DNA of 64,000 nucleotides from NCBI GenBank assembly GCA_907165135.1, contig OU015568.1:12214001-12278000 (forward strand). The letters run 5' to 3'. Under the pieces are notes generated by a model, which had not been told where the DNA came from, did no database searches, and was given only the letters and a program-made list of their open reading frames with translations. Below, in pieces: positions 38,079 through 50,631 of this stretch. A program made the position numbers and the translations under genes. Positions within the stretch are counted from its first letter, which is position 1. Each line of letters begins with the position of its first letter. Source of the stretch: Oikopleura dioica. Its lineage: Eukaryota; Animalia; Chordata.

Positions 38079-38360
38079 TTCTACTAAATTTAAATTTATG
38101 AAATTTCCCTTTTACGTAGGGAGCATCTGCACATTCCCATGAACCCTATTTCCAGGACGATTGCCAACTCAATGAAAGATATTACGCAAAAAGAATGTAA
38201 AATAAAGCAAATAATGCCTATTCTTGCCAAATCGAGTAATACCCAGAAACAGAAAGACTCAGTGACCATTTTGACTCAACTATTTTTTGCTCAAATTCGC
38301 TGAAATTTGCTCCAGAGCAAGCAAGTGATGATGAACTCTTCCATGATTTCAATATATTCC

Positions 38361-38373
38361 GTTGCTATGCAAC
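38361..38373. promoter_or_regulatory. RFX X-box-like site GTTGCTATGCAAC
   Basis: Inverted GTTGC/GCAAC half-sites with a 3-nt spacer, 200 nt upstream of the ATG of the cilia gene CFAP221. Confidence 0.55.
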
Positions 38374-38573
38374 TATAATTGAGGCGCGTCCAATCGTTAC
38401 TCATTTTCTCTCTAGAACAAACTTATGTTTTTTTCATTGAAAATGAGAGTAACTTCAGTTTAAAATGAGCCCGTACCGGTAGGTTGCATTTTTAGAGAGT
38501 TGATGTTTCTAGAACGTTAGTTTTTGAAGACATGTGATTTTTTTCAGAGATCAGTTAGAAAATTAGCGGCCAA

Positions 38574-40853
38574 ATGTCAACTGCTGGTTTAGCCAGGGAC
38601 AGCTTCAAATACAGGTATTTTGACGATAAAAGACATTTTTCGAGCATTTGTTAGAAAGAGTAGATTGGAAGAAATATATGGAGAAGAGGAGGAGAGCGAA
38701 AAAGTCCGTCAAAAACCGCCACATCATTTATTAGAGACGCAGATTTTTTCGTACTTGGAGAAAAATGAGATTCTCCGGGTCAATCCTCATCAATTGTCGT
38801 TTTTGCTAAACAAGGTACGGATTTAATTCAACAGACAGTCAAAATCATATTTTTCATTGAAGGGGCCGACGAAAAAGAAAGTAAAAATTATCAATGCGTC
38901 GAGCACAAGAGCGAACTTCCATATAATCGCACCAATCAACACCAACCGTTGGCAGATCTCGTACGAGAAACCAGAGGGTGGCGTAGTTCCGGGAAAGCAT
39001 GTGGAGATCACGGTCAATTTTATCACGCCAACAAAGGATGATCTTGTCTCAGACAATGTCTACCAGGTGAATTCCATGCCAATCATCAGAATTTTATGTT
39101 TTTTTCAGGACTCGATCCGAATCCACTGCGTCGGCCAAAACCTACTGGTTCCACTTTATGCCTACCCTACAATCGATGCCGACAACTTCCCAAAAAAGAT
39201 AAACTTTGGCTCAGTCGCACTGGGCCAGTCTGCTGTACGTTCAATTTCTCTCAAATCCGATTCACGCGATGTCTTCACATACACCTGCCAAATTACGCCG
39301 CCGAATCCAGTATTTTCAGTTACACCCGCTTCAGGGAGCATTGAAGGCAATAAAGAAATCGAGGTTGCCTTCAATCCAACAGAATTCGTCACATGTTCGG
39401 CGACAATGACGATTCAGTTTTCAACTTTCGACCGTAAGGTGCTTCGCTGCGAGCTGAACGGCAACTGCCTTCCCGGTCTCCTTACTACTCAAAAGAAACG
39501 TGAATTTGCGCTGGAAAAAGCACCGCTCGAAGAAGCATACGTGTCGGATCAAGTGAAGGAGTCAAAAAAGACGCTTGTGGACAAGTCGATCAAGAATGAA
39601 ATAACAGAGCTTCATCGAAAGAAGAGAAGAGAAATGGTGAAAGCTTCGACTTCAGACGTAGCTTCAATGGACAGACTAAAACCGAGGCCACCAAGAAGCG
39701 ATTGCTCCCGTTCTGGCGCCGGCGATCCTCCAGCTGAAAATCTACAAATCGGAGCAATTCACCATATCAACAAAATTCTCAACAGGAAAGAAATTGTCCC
39801 TTCCAATCTCGACGAGCACTTTGTCAAATTTCATTCGGCAACGACAGAATTCCGCGCAAGACTGAGAAAAGCAAAAGAAGCTGAGAAGAATAACAAGCTA
39901 AAATGGCAAGTGAAAATTGGTGAAGACATCCCTGAGCCAGAAGAAATTGAAGAAATACAAAACAAACGAGATGGGAGAAAAATAATCATACAGGTAAAGA
40001 TTTTTTTCAATGATAAGAGTGACTATGATTGAATTTAGGGACGAACTGAGCGAGAAGCAAACACAAAGCTAGAATATACTCCCGTATTTGACCTCTACAG
40101 AAACTCACCATGGCGTGGACGGCATTTTGCATTGGTCCGTTTTCAGCAGGCAGCACGAACAGTACTCATTCGCATCAGAGCGGAAGATCGCCTCGTCTGT
40201 CTGCGAAAGCTGCTGTATCTCGTGAACGAGCGAGGAATGAGCATAAGAATGGCAGAGATGAAACTGACGGGGTCAATTGACGAAACTCAAATTTACCATA
40301 TCGCGAGTCCTCCTTCGCACCGCGAGTACGTCGTTGATCAGACATCGAGCTGCACGCTTTTCGACAAGTGGAGAGTCAGTGGAACCTTCCGAGATCCCGT
40401 AAGTCGGCTCTTCGGAACTCAAGTTTAAACCAGTTTTAGATCGAACAAGATTTGCTGCAGATAACTCTTTCTGATCCGCCAACGCCAATCTACCATTCGC
40501 TCCAAACTCCAACGTATTTCAAACTTCAAGGATATGCAGAAAACGCAACGTACAACTGGGAAAATATGATATACGAGGTAAGTTTTATTAAAATTATTTA
40601 GTTCAAACTCTCTTTAGATCAATAAAAATCTGAAGAGCTAAAGGAAGAAAAAGTGCACACGCCTTCAGATTGGACACACGAAGACATTGATCTAAACATA
40701 CAAAGCTATAACGTTAGTCTTCCGCAAAGAACAACATAATAATTCCTTCAGGAAACTGCTCAACAGAGCTTAGGAGTAGTCAAAGAACTACTGGAAGAAA
40801 TTCTCGGTAAAATTGTAGTTTGCGTAGATTTGCTGAAATTGATCTGTTACTAA
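38574..40853 (+). CDS. CFAP221: Cilia- and flagella-associated protein 221 (PCDP1), multi-exon
   Basis: PHHLLETQIFSYL, VVPGKHVEITVNF..DSIRIHCVGQNLLVPLYAYP..FPKKINFGSVALG and RFQQAARTVLIRIR match CFAP221 motifs (PNHLLES, DCIRVHC..LLVPIHAYP, RFQQVARKVMI). Confidence 0.85.
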
Positions 40854-40881
40854 TCAAAACAAATCAAATCAAATCAAAATC
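40852..40881. repeat. (AAATC)n microsatellite in a very short convergent intergenic gap
   Basis: aatcaaaacaaatcaaatcaaatcaaaatc read directly. Confidence 0.7.
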
Positions 40882-41353
40882 AGTTCTTTCGGAAATTAGT
40901 GGCACTTATTTTTAACAAACACTTCTGACGTTTGCGATTCCATATTGCTCATTATATTCTTCAGATATTGTCTGGCAAGAAAGAGGAGAGGAAGATTGCT
41001 AAGGGTGGGCAACGACTTTCCCGCTGGAGCTCCGTCACCAACGTCGATCGAAGCCTGAAGGCCTGAAAAATCGAAAAAAGCATTTATCTTTATATTTTCT
41101 AACACATATTTTTGTAAAAAAAAAACATTTGTAAATAAACTTTTCATAAAAAATCTTCAAACATTGATTGTTTCACCTGTGTCTAATTTCCTCTCTCTCT
41201 CTGATGATGATCGTCACTGATCCCATCGGAATGAGCGTCTTTGATCAGTTTAATCTTGCAGATGATGTTGCACGCTTCTGTCATTAAGCGGATGCAGCTG
41301 AGCTCGAGCATAAAATCCTTCGGGCTTTGCATTTCTCATATCAAAAAGTAAAA

Positions 41354-42157
41354 ATGTCTCAAGAAACCCCCATCATTTGCCTTTGGGAAAACAACGGCTA
41401 CCCATGTCATAGGATCTTCGCAACCACTGAAGGACTCGACAGTCATCTTGCTTTCCACATCAACGAAAATGCCACCAATCCTGCTCATTGCTACTGGTCA
41501 GGTTGCTCACGAAAGACTCCCTTCAAGGCGAAGTATCAACTCACCATCCACGTCAAGATTCACTCCGGCCACAAGCCCTTCAAATGCGACTACTGCGAGA
41601 TGAGCTTCGCCCGCGCCGAGAACCTCAAGATCCATCGACGGAAGCACACCGGCGAAAGACCCTACGCTTGCCCTGAACCAGGATGCAGCTCCACTTTCGC
41701 CAGCGCTACTGACCGCCGAAAGCATCGCTTTGTTCACTCCTCGACTCCGATGTCCTGCGATCACTGCCACAAGACATTCTATCATCCTCAAAGCCTTCGT
41801 CTTCACATGAAGAAAGTCCACAGCGATGAAACGACTGAGAACCCGAGCAAGCGAAAGAGAGAAGAAACTCCAGAGGAGCACGCGTTGAACTCCACGATTT
41901 CCAGCTCATCCGACTACTACTCATCCATGGCTCCGACTCCACCCCCGAGCGCGAAACGATTCTGTCAGATGCCATCCATGTTTGCGCCAGCAATTCCGAT
42001 TCAGATGTGGTACTCTACGATGGGATACGCCGAACACTTCCCAACGAACTTCAGCGAACAACAGGCTCCACCTGCTTACCCACCTACTTACTACCTTTCT
42101 TACCCTTCTGTTCCACAGCCTTCTTACCCTGCTATGTTTCAGCCATATTTTCAGTGA
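41354..42157 (+). CDS. ZIC: Intronless Zic-family C2H2 zinc-finger transcription factor (5 fingers; tunicate Zic-r/ZicL-like)
   Basis: CLW..C, CYWSGCSRKTPFKAKYQL, FARAENLKIH, FASATDRRKH and HPQSLRLHMK parallel Zic fingers 1-5 (FKAKYKL, FARSENLKIH, FANSSDRKKH, HPSSLRKHMK). ATG taken as MSQETP at 41354; P/S/Y-rich tail. Confidence 0.88.
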   Translation: MSQETPIICLWENNGYPCHRIFATTEGLDSHLAFHINENATNPAHCYWSGCSRKTPFKAKYQLTIHVKIHSGHKPFKCDYCEMSFARAENLKIHRRKHTGERPYACPEPGCSSTFASATDRRKHRFVHSSTPMSCDHCHKTFYHPQSLRLHMKKVHSDETTENPSKRKREETPEEHALNSTISSSSDYYSSMAPTPPPSAKRFCQMPSMFAPAIPIQMWYSTMGYAEHFPTNFSEQQAPPAYPPTYYLSYPSVPQPSYPAMFQPYFQ

Positions 42158-42818
42158 ATAAAACTCAATTTCTCGAATTTCCTTGTTGATTTCATATATT
42201 TTTGCATTTGATTCCTTTATTATTTACAAGTCAACTACAGTTGTTTATGTCAAGGTACAGTTAAAAATTGGGGTATGTTTGGTTGTTTTGCTGTTTATGC
42301 TTTAATGTATATACAGTCCTGTAACGATGAGGCAGCCGGTTTTTTGTGAAAAAGTCGCAGCAGAAATTACAGTTTGGGTTCAAGCTATTTATGTTAGAAG
42401 TATACAGTAGAAGCGTTGATAAATATTTACACAAATTTTAATTTTTTTAATTGAATCGTTTGATCCATGAACTTGAATATTCGTGAACTAAGGTAGTATT
42501 CTCCTGTAAGTAGCAATAAGATAATGAAAGCTGTTTAGACAGGATTAGTTTTGCGATTTGTTACTTTTCAACTTTTGGTTGAGTCTTTTTTTTCTGGGCA
42601 GCGCGATATTCATTAAAGATTAATTCATTGTCGATAGGGAAAGTTCAGGGATGACGAGTTCATATTCACGAGGCTTCTTTCCGGTTTTCCTTTTTCGACG
42701 GTTTTTGCGTCCCTTGCAAGTGGTTATAAATTGATTCCAAGAACTTGAATTAATATAGACCCCTTTGATGAATATTGCTGAAAGCAATTCAGGAAATAAA
42801 TTTATGGAGATAACCAAT

Positions 42819-43784
42819 TTATAACCCAGGTGCCTTTTTGTCCACTCGTCTCTTCACCCGACGCAGTTGGTTTGAGACTTCGTTGATCGTTTCCTCCAGC
42901 TCAGTGACGTTCGATTTGAGATCGACGACCCAGTTCATGCTTGTCTTTTGCTTCTGGTAGCAGAATTTGCGCATGTCGTCCACCACTTGTTTTGTGTACG
43001 TCCAGGTTCCAGCTGAAAGTGCAATTAGATTTACACTGCGTAATTTATGCTGTGAGTTGGGGGCGGGTAGAATTGACCTTGAGTTACTCTTAAGAATTTA
43101 TTGCAGCGACTCAATAGCCATCAAAAGAGTCGTCGCGCGGATAAGTACATTCAAACAAGCGCTGCGCATATGGCACCCCGCCGCCGTTCACAAGTCATTA
43201 AGGGGATCCTCTTTAGAAGGCGTTCACGGTCAAAGGCCGCAAGCCACTTACACTGGAGCTCTTTTTGATCCGACTTGAGACGCTGTGTCTCCTTGTCGAA
43301 GAAGTCCATCTGTTGTTCAATCTGGTTCAGCTTTTCGGCAACGACGCTGACCGGCTCGTCGAGCTGCATCACGTGATTGAGCCTGAATGCAGGAGTGGGC
43401 TTTGGAGACGACGAAGCTGAGCAGCACTGGAGGGCTCTGCGATCCAAATCTTCGATTCTCTTCTCTAACTTTTCATAAATCTCATCAACGCGGCGTTGAG
43501 CAATTTCTTCAGCACTTTCCACTTTCACTTTCAAAAGATCGAAATCCCTAAATGAACAGAAATTGAAACAATTTCTTGAAAAATATTTCTCACCCAAGAA
43601 CTTCTCCGAGCGATCGATTATCATTTTCGGTGTAAATTCTAGCGGTCAATGCATTTATCACATCGTGCAAGTCTTTCATTTTATTCTCCATTTGACTCAG
43701 ACGTTCTTGAAACACGCCTTCCAGGTCTTTCTTGTCAGCAGTTTCAAGCTCTTTCTTGACGTGGAACTTGTCACCTAAACGCAT
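42819..43784 (-). CDS. Uncharacterised coiled-coil protein, multi-exon
   Basis: Heptad-rich exons ERLSQMENKMKDLHDVINAL, IYEKLEKRIEDLDRR, VAEKLNQIEQQMDFFDKETQRLK and VTELEETINEVSNQLRRVKRR. An in-frame stop lies two codons before the ATG. Confidence 0.6.
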
Positions 43785-43803
43785 TCTTTAAGAGCTCTGG
43801 CGA

Positions 43804-45720
43804 TCACTCAGTGTGGTCTCTGACGGAAGAGAAAGTATTCGCTAGAGAAGGCGCGAGAATTGCACCTTCTTGTAGAATCAAGCTGATAAGAGCTCTTTTA
43901 CTGGTTTACGTCACGAAATGACAAAGATATTCTAAACTCAGGTGGCTACCTTTTGTTTCTAAAAGACACTTCTCCCAAGCGATGACAAGATGAGAATTCC
44001 TTCGCATTAGCAACGACTTGACTTTGCCACATCTTGGTTCTGGACTGTCGATGTTCGCCAGAATCGGCTCTTGACCATCCCGCACAGTGACTCGAAGAAC
44101 TTTGCCATCAGCGAGGCCAAAGAAAAACTGATCGGCAGATGACTGGAGGGCAGCAATGACTTCGCCGTCGATGAGAACGATTGGGGAGGAAACGAGTTCT
44201 TTTCCATCTGCAGCTTCGTAACGAGGGCCTAGATAAGAGGAAATGAAAAGGAATGAAAAACATGATGAGGAGATCCCATGAGCGACTGAACAAGAAATGG
44301 AAATGACGCTCTTCGATTGAATTTGGGAAGTATGCTTCTTATCGCATTTGTACTTGAGTGAGGATGAACAATAAGAGATCTAACGGCGTCACTATCTCAG
44401 ACATCCGTTTTGTCTCGATGAGTATTTCATTCGATAAGGATTTACCTGAATACTCGTCGAAATTGCCAGAGTCGAGATATTCCCGAATATTCTTGTACGA
44501 ATACGAGCACATAGCAGATTCGTACTCTCCTCGTCCATTGACCGTTTTGAAAATTGCCAGGAACTCATCCTCGCCCTCGATTGCCTAAGAAGCCTAAGTT
44601 AGCTTTGTGCTTCAAAAAAAAAACAGCGATGCGCATTTGATAAAGGCTTTGGCGCAGGAAGAAGCACGCGTCTTTTAATCCTTTATTTGGTGATTCCAAG
44701 TTTATCGAGGCACTTACGGTGGCCAGATTGGCGAAGGTGAAAGTCGCGACGGACGAGCTCGAGCGGCAGACGAAAGGCACTTTACGAAATGAGGTGAATT
44801 TTGAGCGGGCGTCGTTGTATCCACCACGGTCAGATTTTAGGACAGAGCCGATCATATTTCGCCTAAAATTGTATCTTAAAAATGGGGATATGAATGAGTT
44901 TACCTTGAATTTCTGTGCCCGCCCGCAAAAATGAGCAGAACTCTTTCGGGAAGATCGACAAGCAGGTGCATGTCGGGCGCCTCGAACCATTGTTTTTCGT
45001 TGTGATATTCAGAGGAGAAGCTCTCACTTTCGAGCACTGTTTTCACTGGGCTCAACGCACTAAATATTTATGTTGTAATTCATAATTACGCGCGTTTATA
45101 GGGCATTTTCAGTATCCTACTTTTGATAAATTGGAAGGCAGTAAATAATGGAGATGGCCAATTGAGAGAAATGAAGACAATCAAAACTCACAAGAAACGG
45201 CCGAATACGGCGTTATGGCTTTGGAGTTTTACTATTTGTACTTTCAATGCGACATAAAATTTTCATCGCTTATGGACACCGGTCACGTCCGAAATATAGA
45301 AATCTCGTAAATCAACCAGTCCGACTGGAATTTTCAATTAACTTTTGTCTGGCTTATATTTGCTTCTGTGCCGTTTTTTTTCGATTTATGAAATATGATT
45401 TTGAAAGTCATTTTATTGATCGGTCATTTAAGATGAGTTATTATCTTATGTAGATTTTCTTATAAAAAGTTGGAAACAGTTTTACGATGGAAATAAAATA
45501 GGAATGAAAAATTCATTGTTCTGTGGGTGCTCACCTTTTTTCAAGATAAGCATGGTTCGGATCGTCTGAGGCGATGAAGATCGATTTTTGTTCAAAGTTT
45601 GCGGTCGCCGTTGAATTACTTCGAGCATCGTTCTGAGCGATTTTGAGAAAGGCACTTCGTCGGTTAGACTTCGGACAGGTCATCGAACTATTTTCAAGCT
45701 TGAATATTGCGTTTCACCGC
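43804..45720 (-). CDS. Divergent semaphorin (Sema)-domain protein, multi-exon; 5' part extends further upstream, unresolved
   Basis: In-phase exons give QWFEAPDMHLLVDLPERVLLIF, MIGSVLKSDRGG..KFTSFRKVPFVC, FLAIFKT..ESAMCSYSYKNI, SLIVHPHS and FFFGLADGKVLRV. These are the ordered Sema motifs WLNxPxF, RVCKNDxGG..WTTFLKARLxC, SAVCxF, HPLM and LGTxxGxVLKV. Confidence 0.65.
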
Positions 45721-48700
45721 GATTCTAGCGCGGCGAGGTTGAAATCGAACCCCCGGCGGAGAAAGGAGCAGTTTAGTACACTAGTCCAGTCAAGTGTCGC
45801 GAAACGTGACAGATTTATTGAAAGAGCACACGCGCCTCGGGCCATTTACACTCTTTTATATCCGGCCACGTTCAATAACACGCCGACTGACAAAAGCGAG
45901 ATTTCCGGTCAACGATCGTAAATTCGCCCTCGGCCGAGAATGACTTTTACGAAGCCTTGTAAAGAAAGAATGATCATTCTCGGAATAGGAAATTCTTTCG
46001 AAAATATTTCACTTTTCACGTTGAAATTGTTGAATCCAGCCCAAATTGAGGTCACCGTGATCCTTATCCTGAGTGATTCCGGAATTCCGGCGGAATTTAT
46101 TTTCTGAATTTTCATTTTTTTCTTCTTTCATGCTAATTTTCAAAAAATTCAAACCATCACTCTACGCCCTGACCTTCTTTATCGGACCACTAAACTACCG
46201 TCAGTAAAACTGTGGAACTGTACTGCGAGACAGTATTTATCCTGACACGGAATGTCTTTTCCCAGGGATCACGTTATGTTTCCGAAGATCATTCTTCTCA
46301 CGCGGATACTGTATCGTTATTTGAAGACAAAGTAAATATACAAACTGATAAAGATGATGTCTTTATCAGGCATTATTACTTCCGGTATTTCGAGGAATCT
46401 CAGACGACCCAAATACAAGATCAAAACCAGGAGCTGTATAAATTCGCCTAGTTATCGGGGTACTGTTTATTCCTGTATAATACGATAAGGAGAAGTCTGG
46501 CAGACTTTTCTCCCGAGAAGAGCAAATGCTGAACTAGCTTTATAGCTGCCTCCAAAATGTCAGTCCAAGAAGTTTTTTGTCCTAGCGGATATCCGGAGAA
46601 AAAGACAGCTAGCTGTGCAACTCAGTGATTCTTGGCGGTGCGATGCGACATTTACATGTTTGTCGTAGAACTCGGCTCTCAAAGGCGCTCGTAAAAACCC
46701 AAACACACGGAACTTGTACGGAATTTGATTTGATTTTTTTGCCTTTGTTTGTTCGCTCGTGTGCCTCTGTGCACCGTGCTTTTTAGGGATTTCCGGGAAG
46801 GGGAGACAAACTTGGTTCAGGGTAAATTTGTTAAGCTCGCCGACAGCTGCGTTTAGGAAATGCATTTTCAAGTTTTTGTTACAAGCGACAATTGGAAATT
46901 GCACAAGCCAAAAAGGAAAAACAGTGGGCGAAATAATCCATGTGTGTTTGGGGAAGCTAATTTGATGGAATCGTGAAAAGATGAGCTTCGTTCAACGAAA
47001 ATATGAACTCTGCAAATGAAAGCTCACTTCTTTCTTATAAATCAGATTGTTCATCCCCTCTTTTCTGATCTCAAGGTCACCGTCAATTAGCCCTAATCAA
47101 GCCCATGTCAAGTTGAATGATCTAGCCCGACTCATTAATTCCTCAAATAAAAAAGCTCATCTTTATCCTACCTAGAAAGCATGTCCCAAATCTGCTAGAC
47201 TTGTTTATCAAAAACACGCTTTATTTATTTATGTTGATATTTTTATTTCGCCAGATCAAAGCGATTAATTATCAACCATTATCACCTTGATGAGTAGAAA
47301 ATAGCGGCTGTTAAAAAGTCTCAGAATGTCGGAAAATCTGTCAAAATAATAATAACAACAATTTTACTCGTGTCTAGGAAGGTGTCAGTCTGTGAAGCGA
47401 AGATTCTAACGCCCCACGTGACCACTGCTGAGGTCAACAAGGCAATAAAGAATGGAATGGAATTTCCACCTGCAGAAAAATCGGCGCTAGAAAAAATTCT
47501 TGAAAGACACATTTGGCATTTTCGCGAATTAAGGGGCCCACACCCGCGATTCTCAAGAAAATACAAATCAAATTTGACCAGGAGCATTACAGAACTTAGA
47601 GGAGGACATTATCAAATGCCAGGAGAATAAATTTGCTCCCTAAATATTCGCAATGTTATTCTGAAGAAAATCTTCTCAGCCGTCATAAATATTTAAGCCA
47701 CAGATCGAACATCTGCTCACTAAGGATAAGCGCGTGCCAAAATTCGTAAAATTTCAGGCAGCGCAAATAGAACATGTGACATCCGTCGGTTTCAGAAAGC
47801 GAATCTTGAAATAATGTTTTATTGGTCCAGCCGAGGGGACCGTAGCCGGCTTCAAAGTGATAGTACACTTATCATTACATAAATCGCTCAACCTAAGAAC
47901 ACGTGCTAGGGTTATACCGAAAATTTTTTGACGGGACATAATCCTAGTGGTCTGAGAAGGTCTCTCGAAAATTTCAGACTTATACTGAAGAATTTTTCTT
48001 GGAAACAAAAAGCAATATGAGATAAATTGATGTATTCTTTTAAATTAAAAAAGGCGTAAGAAAATCAGAAAATTATTATTTTTAAGAATAATAAATATTA
48101 ATTTTACTCAGTAATTTTGATAAGACGAATAATAATACTTCTTCAATGTCGTAAGGATGGTTAGTTAATGATTTACCCTTCAAATTCTAGTTTTCTTCTT
48201 GATGAGCCAACAATTTGTATATATTGACAGAGCCAATTTACCAAGAAAATTTCTCGCTAATCAATCTTATTTTGTCTTTCCCAATCGGTCTCCTGTCCAA
48301 AAATTGACTCAACTCAAATCCTGATCTCCTAACCCAGTTCTTTTCTCACCAAAATTGGCAAGAAAGATCAACATTTTGGCAAGCAAGAGTGAAAATTATT
48401 CCGTACGAAGAGAGGGCCAACAGAATTTTAATTTTCAGTTTTTGGCCTTGACGTAAAACAAGCCCTTGTCCGAAAATCGGCGCGATCAAGGGCAAACAAG
48501 GGGCTGAGAAAATTTGAAGAAATATTTTAGCGGGAGATTCAAGCTTTCCTGTACGCTTTGTAAGAGGCTTGTCCATTTTCGAAGTAGTACAGCATCGGTC
48601 GATGAGCATAAGTTCCACACGCCCAAATCGACTCTTCATCGATTCCGATCGCGACCAGGCAGTTATCACAATCTTCTTCCTAAACAAAAGTTTTAAAACT

Positions 48701-50631
48701 TGATGCTGTATTGATTCAATTCGAATTATTGCCGTCAATAGTCAACTCTAGCGGATGTAGAACTGACCTACCCCCGCTGGCAGAGTGCCCCTGATCCAAT
48801 TTATGGCCTTCAGAAAATAGAAAAAGAATGGCCCGTGCACTGCCTTAATTTAATCACCTGTTCCTGCGTGTGACTGTAAGTGTAGCGATACTAGAATCTA
48901 CGAGGACTATTCGCGAGTTTATATTTGGTTTTGTTGACAAGCCGCGTACTATTTTAGGTACACAATTCCGGGGACGGAATCTTGTTTCCCAATACAAATC
49001 GGTAGTGATAACCTCGCGAGATTCTCACCCCTTATCAGCTAAAACTCTCGTCCCAACGTGACCCAAAAAAAGAAAAACTAACCCCTAATGATCAATAAAT
49101 CTTGATCCAAAAAGAAGTCTCGTCTGTAGCCACCCCTAATTATGTAAATTGTTGCGTCTTCTTTTCCACAAGAATACTTTCGAAAAATTTCGAATTCAAA
49201 AAAATTTCGAGGTCGATTACCCCTTTTCAAATTTCCGGAAAATAGTTGGACCCTTGTTGCTTTGATCTTTGTCTCACAAGAAGTGATAAGCAATTAGCGC
49301 TAATCAGCCTGTAGACTTCTTCATAGGGAGCGCCGTTTCCGGCGAAAATGGCGGTGGGTATCCGGCCGTCACGAGTTTCCTAAAATCTCGGAAGATTTTG
49401 AATATTTTCGGGACTGGCCCCAAGAATCTGTCACCTTTGCCCATCACCCGCCAGAAGTTCCATTCACGCTTCCGCCTGTCCCGGCAACTTCCATCTGCCA
49501 GTGCGAAGATATCGAACTATCGAATGAAAAATGCTAAAATTTGAATTCCCCATATGGGGATTTGTCAAAAACTGGAAGGTAGTACCAATCCGATAAGCAT
49601 AAATTTTGGCGAAAGAAAAACTGACCCCGTAATTTCGTGAAATTGGATTAATTATGCAAAAGTTGGCCCTTTGTGGGTTCTCAGCTGGACTCATCATTAT
49701 TGCGTCGATTTTGGGCCACGCACCGTGCTCTCTACTTTTTTCTCAATACAAGGTCTGGTTATTGTCCCAAGCTATATTCTGGCAGAAGATTTTGGAGAAG
49801 AAAACTGATGAAATGACGAAAGCGCTTGAAAATTCCAGGGGGGCCGGCCTTGCTAAAATTGAAGACTTCTGGAATTAAGTTATCATCCTTATGGCTTTAC
49901 ATTAAAGTTAGAAATGACAGTCAGCTGCAGAGCTCTGTGCGATTCGGCGTTACAAATCTGGAACAGTGTGTTTGCCCCACACACTATCCCAAATGCGAGA
50001 TCTTTTCGTTTTATGGGTCTATGGGCGGAAGCGGAAGAAGACTCCCCTTGATCCAGCTCGGCACGGGTCCGAGGTCACTAAAACGCAGATTTTCGCTGAA
50101 AGAATCAAGTTTTACGAATTTCCTAAAAAATAATTCGAAAAAGGAAAAATCTTCAAGGGTATCTTCACTCGAACAAAACCCGATTGAAAACATTCTAGCG
50201 CTAAAAATCTACAAAAATATTTTTCAAAAATACTCAGATTCTACCACTAAACATGTTAAAAAAGTAGCACGATTTTTGGCAGCGCGTCAAATATGCAACA
50301 TGTTCCATTTATTTGATTTAAAACAAAACCGAAATCTTAAAAAGCTCTTTCAAAGAAAAAAAGTCTGAGAAAAAGTAGTGACGTAAGACTTGACTGAGCA
50401 AACTTGCTTATTGAACTTATGCGTTTTCTTAATTGCCGCGGAAAGGGCATAAATTGCAAATGGTTTGCTATCGGCTTATGAACTGTCAGAATTTTTCAAA
50501 AAAGTGCCACTGCAGCGGAATCAGTGACAGCTAGATACTGTTCCCACATTCAGAAGATCCTTCAGAGGCTACTGATACTCGACAGAGAATTTAATGGGAA
50601 GAGAGTTAATTTGATATTCAGAATAGAATTT

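Noticed and set aside
47321-50368. Several 60-180 aa ORFs on both strands
   Set aside because: No recognisable domain and no consistent splice model could be built by eye; left uncalled.
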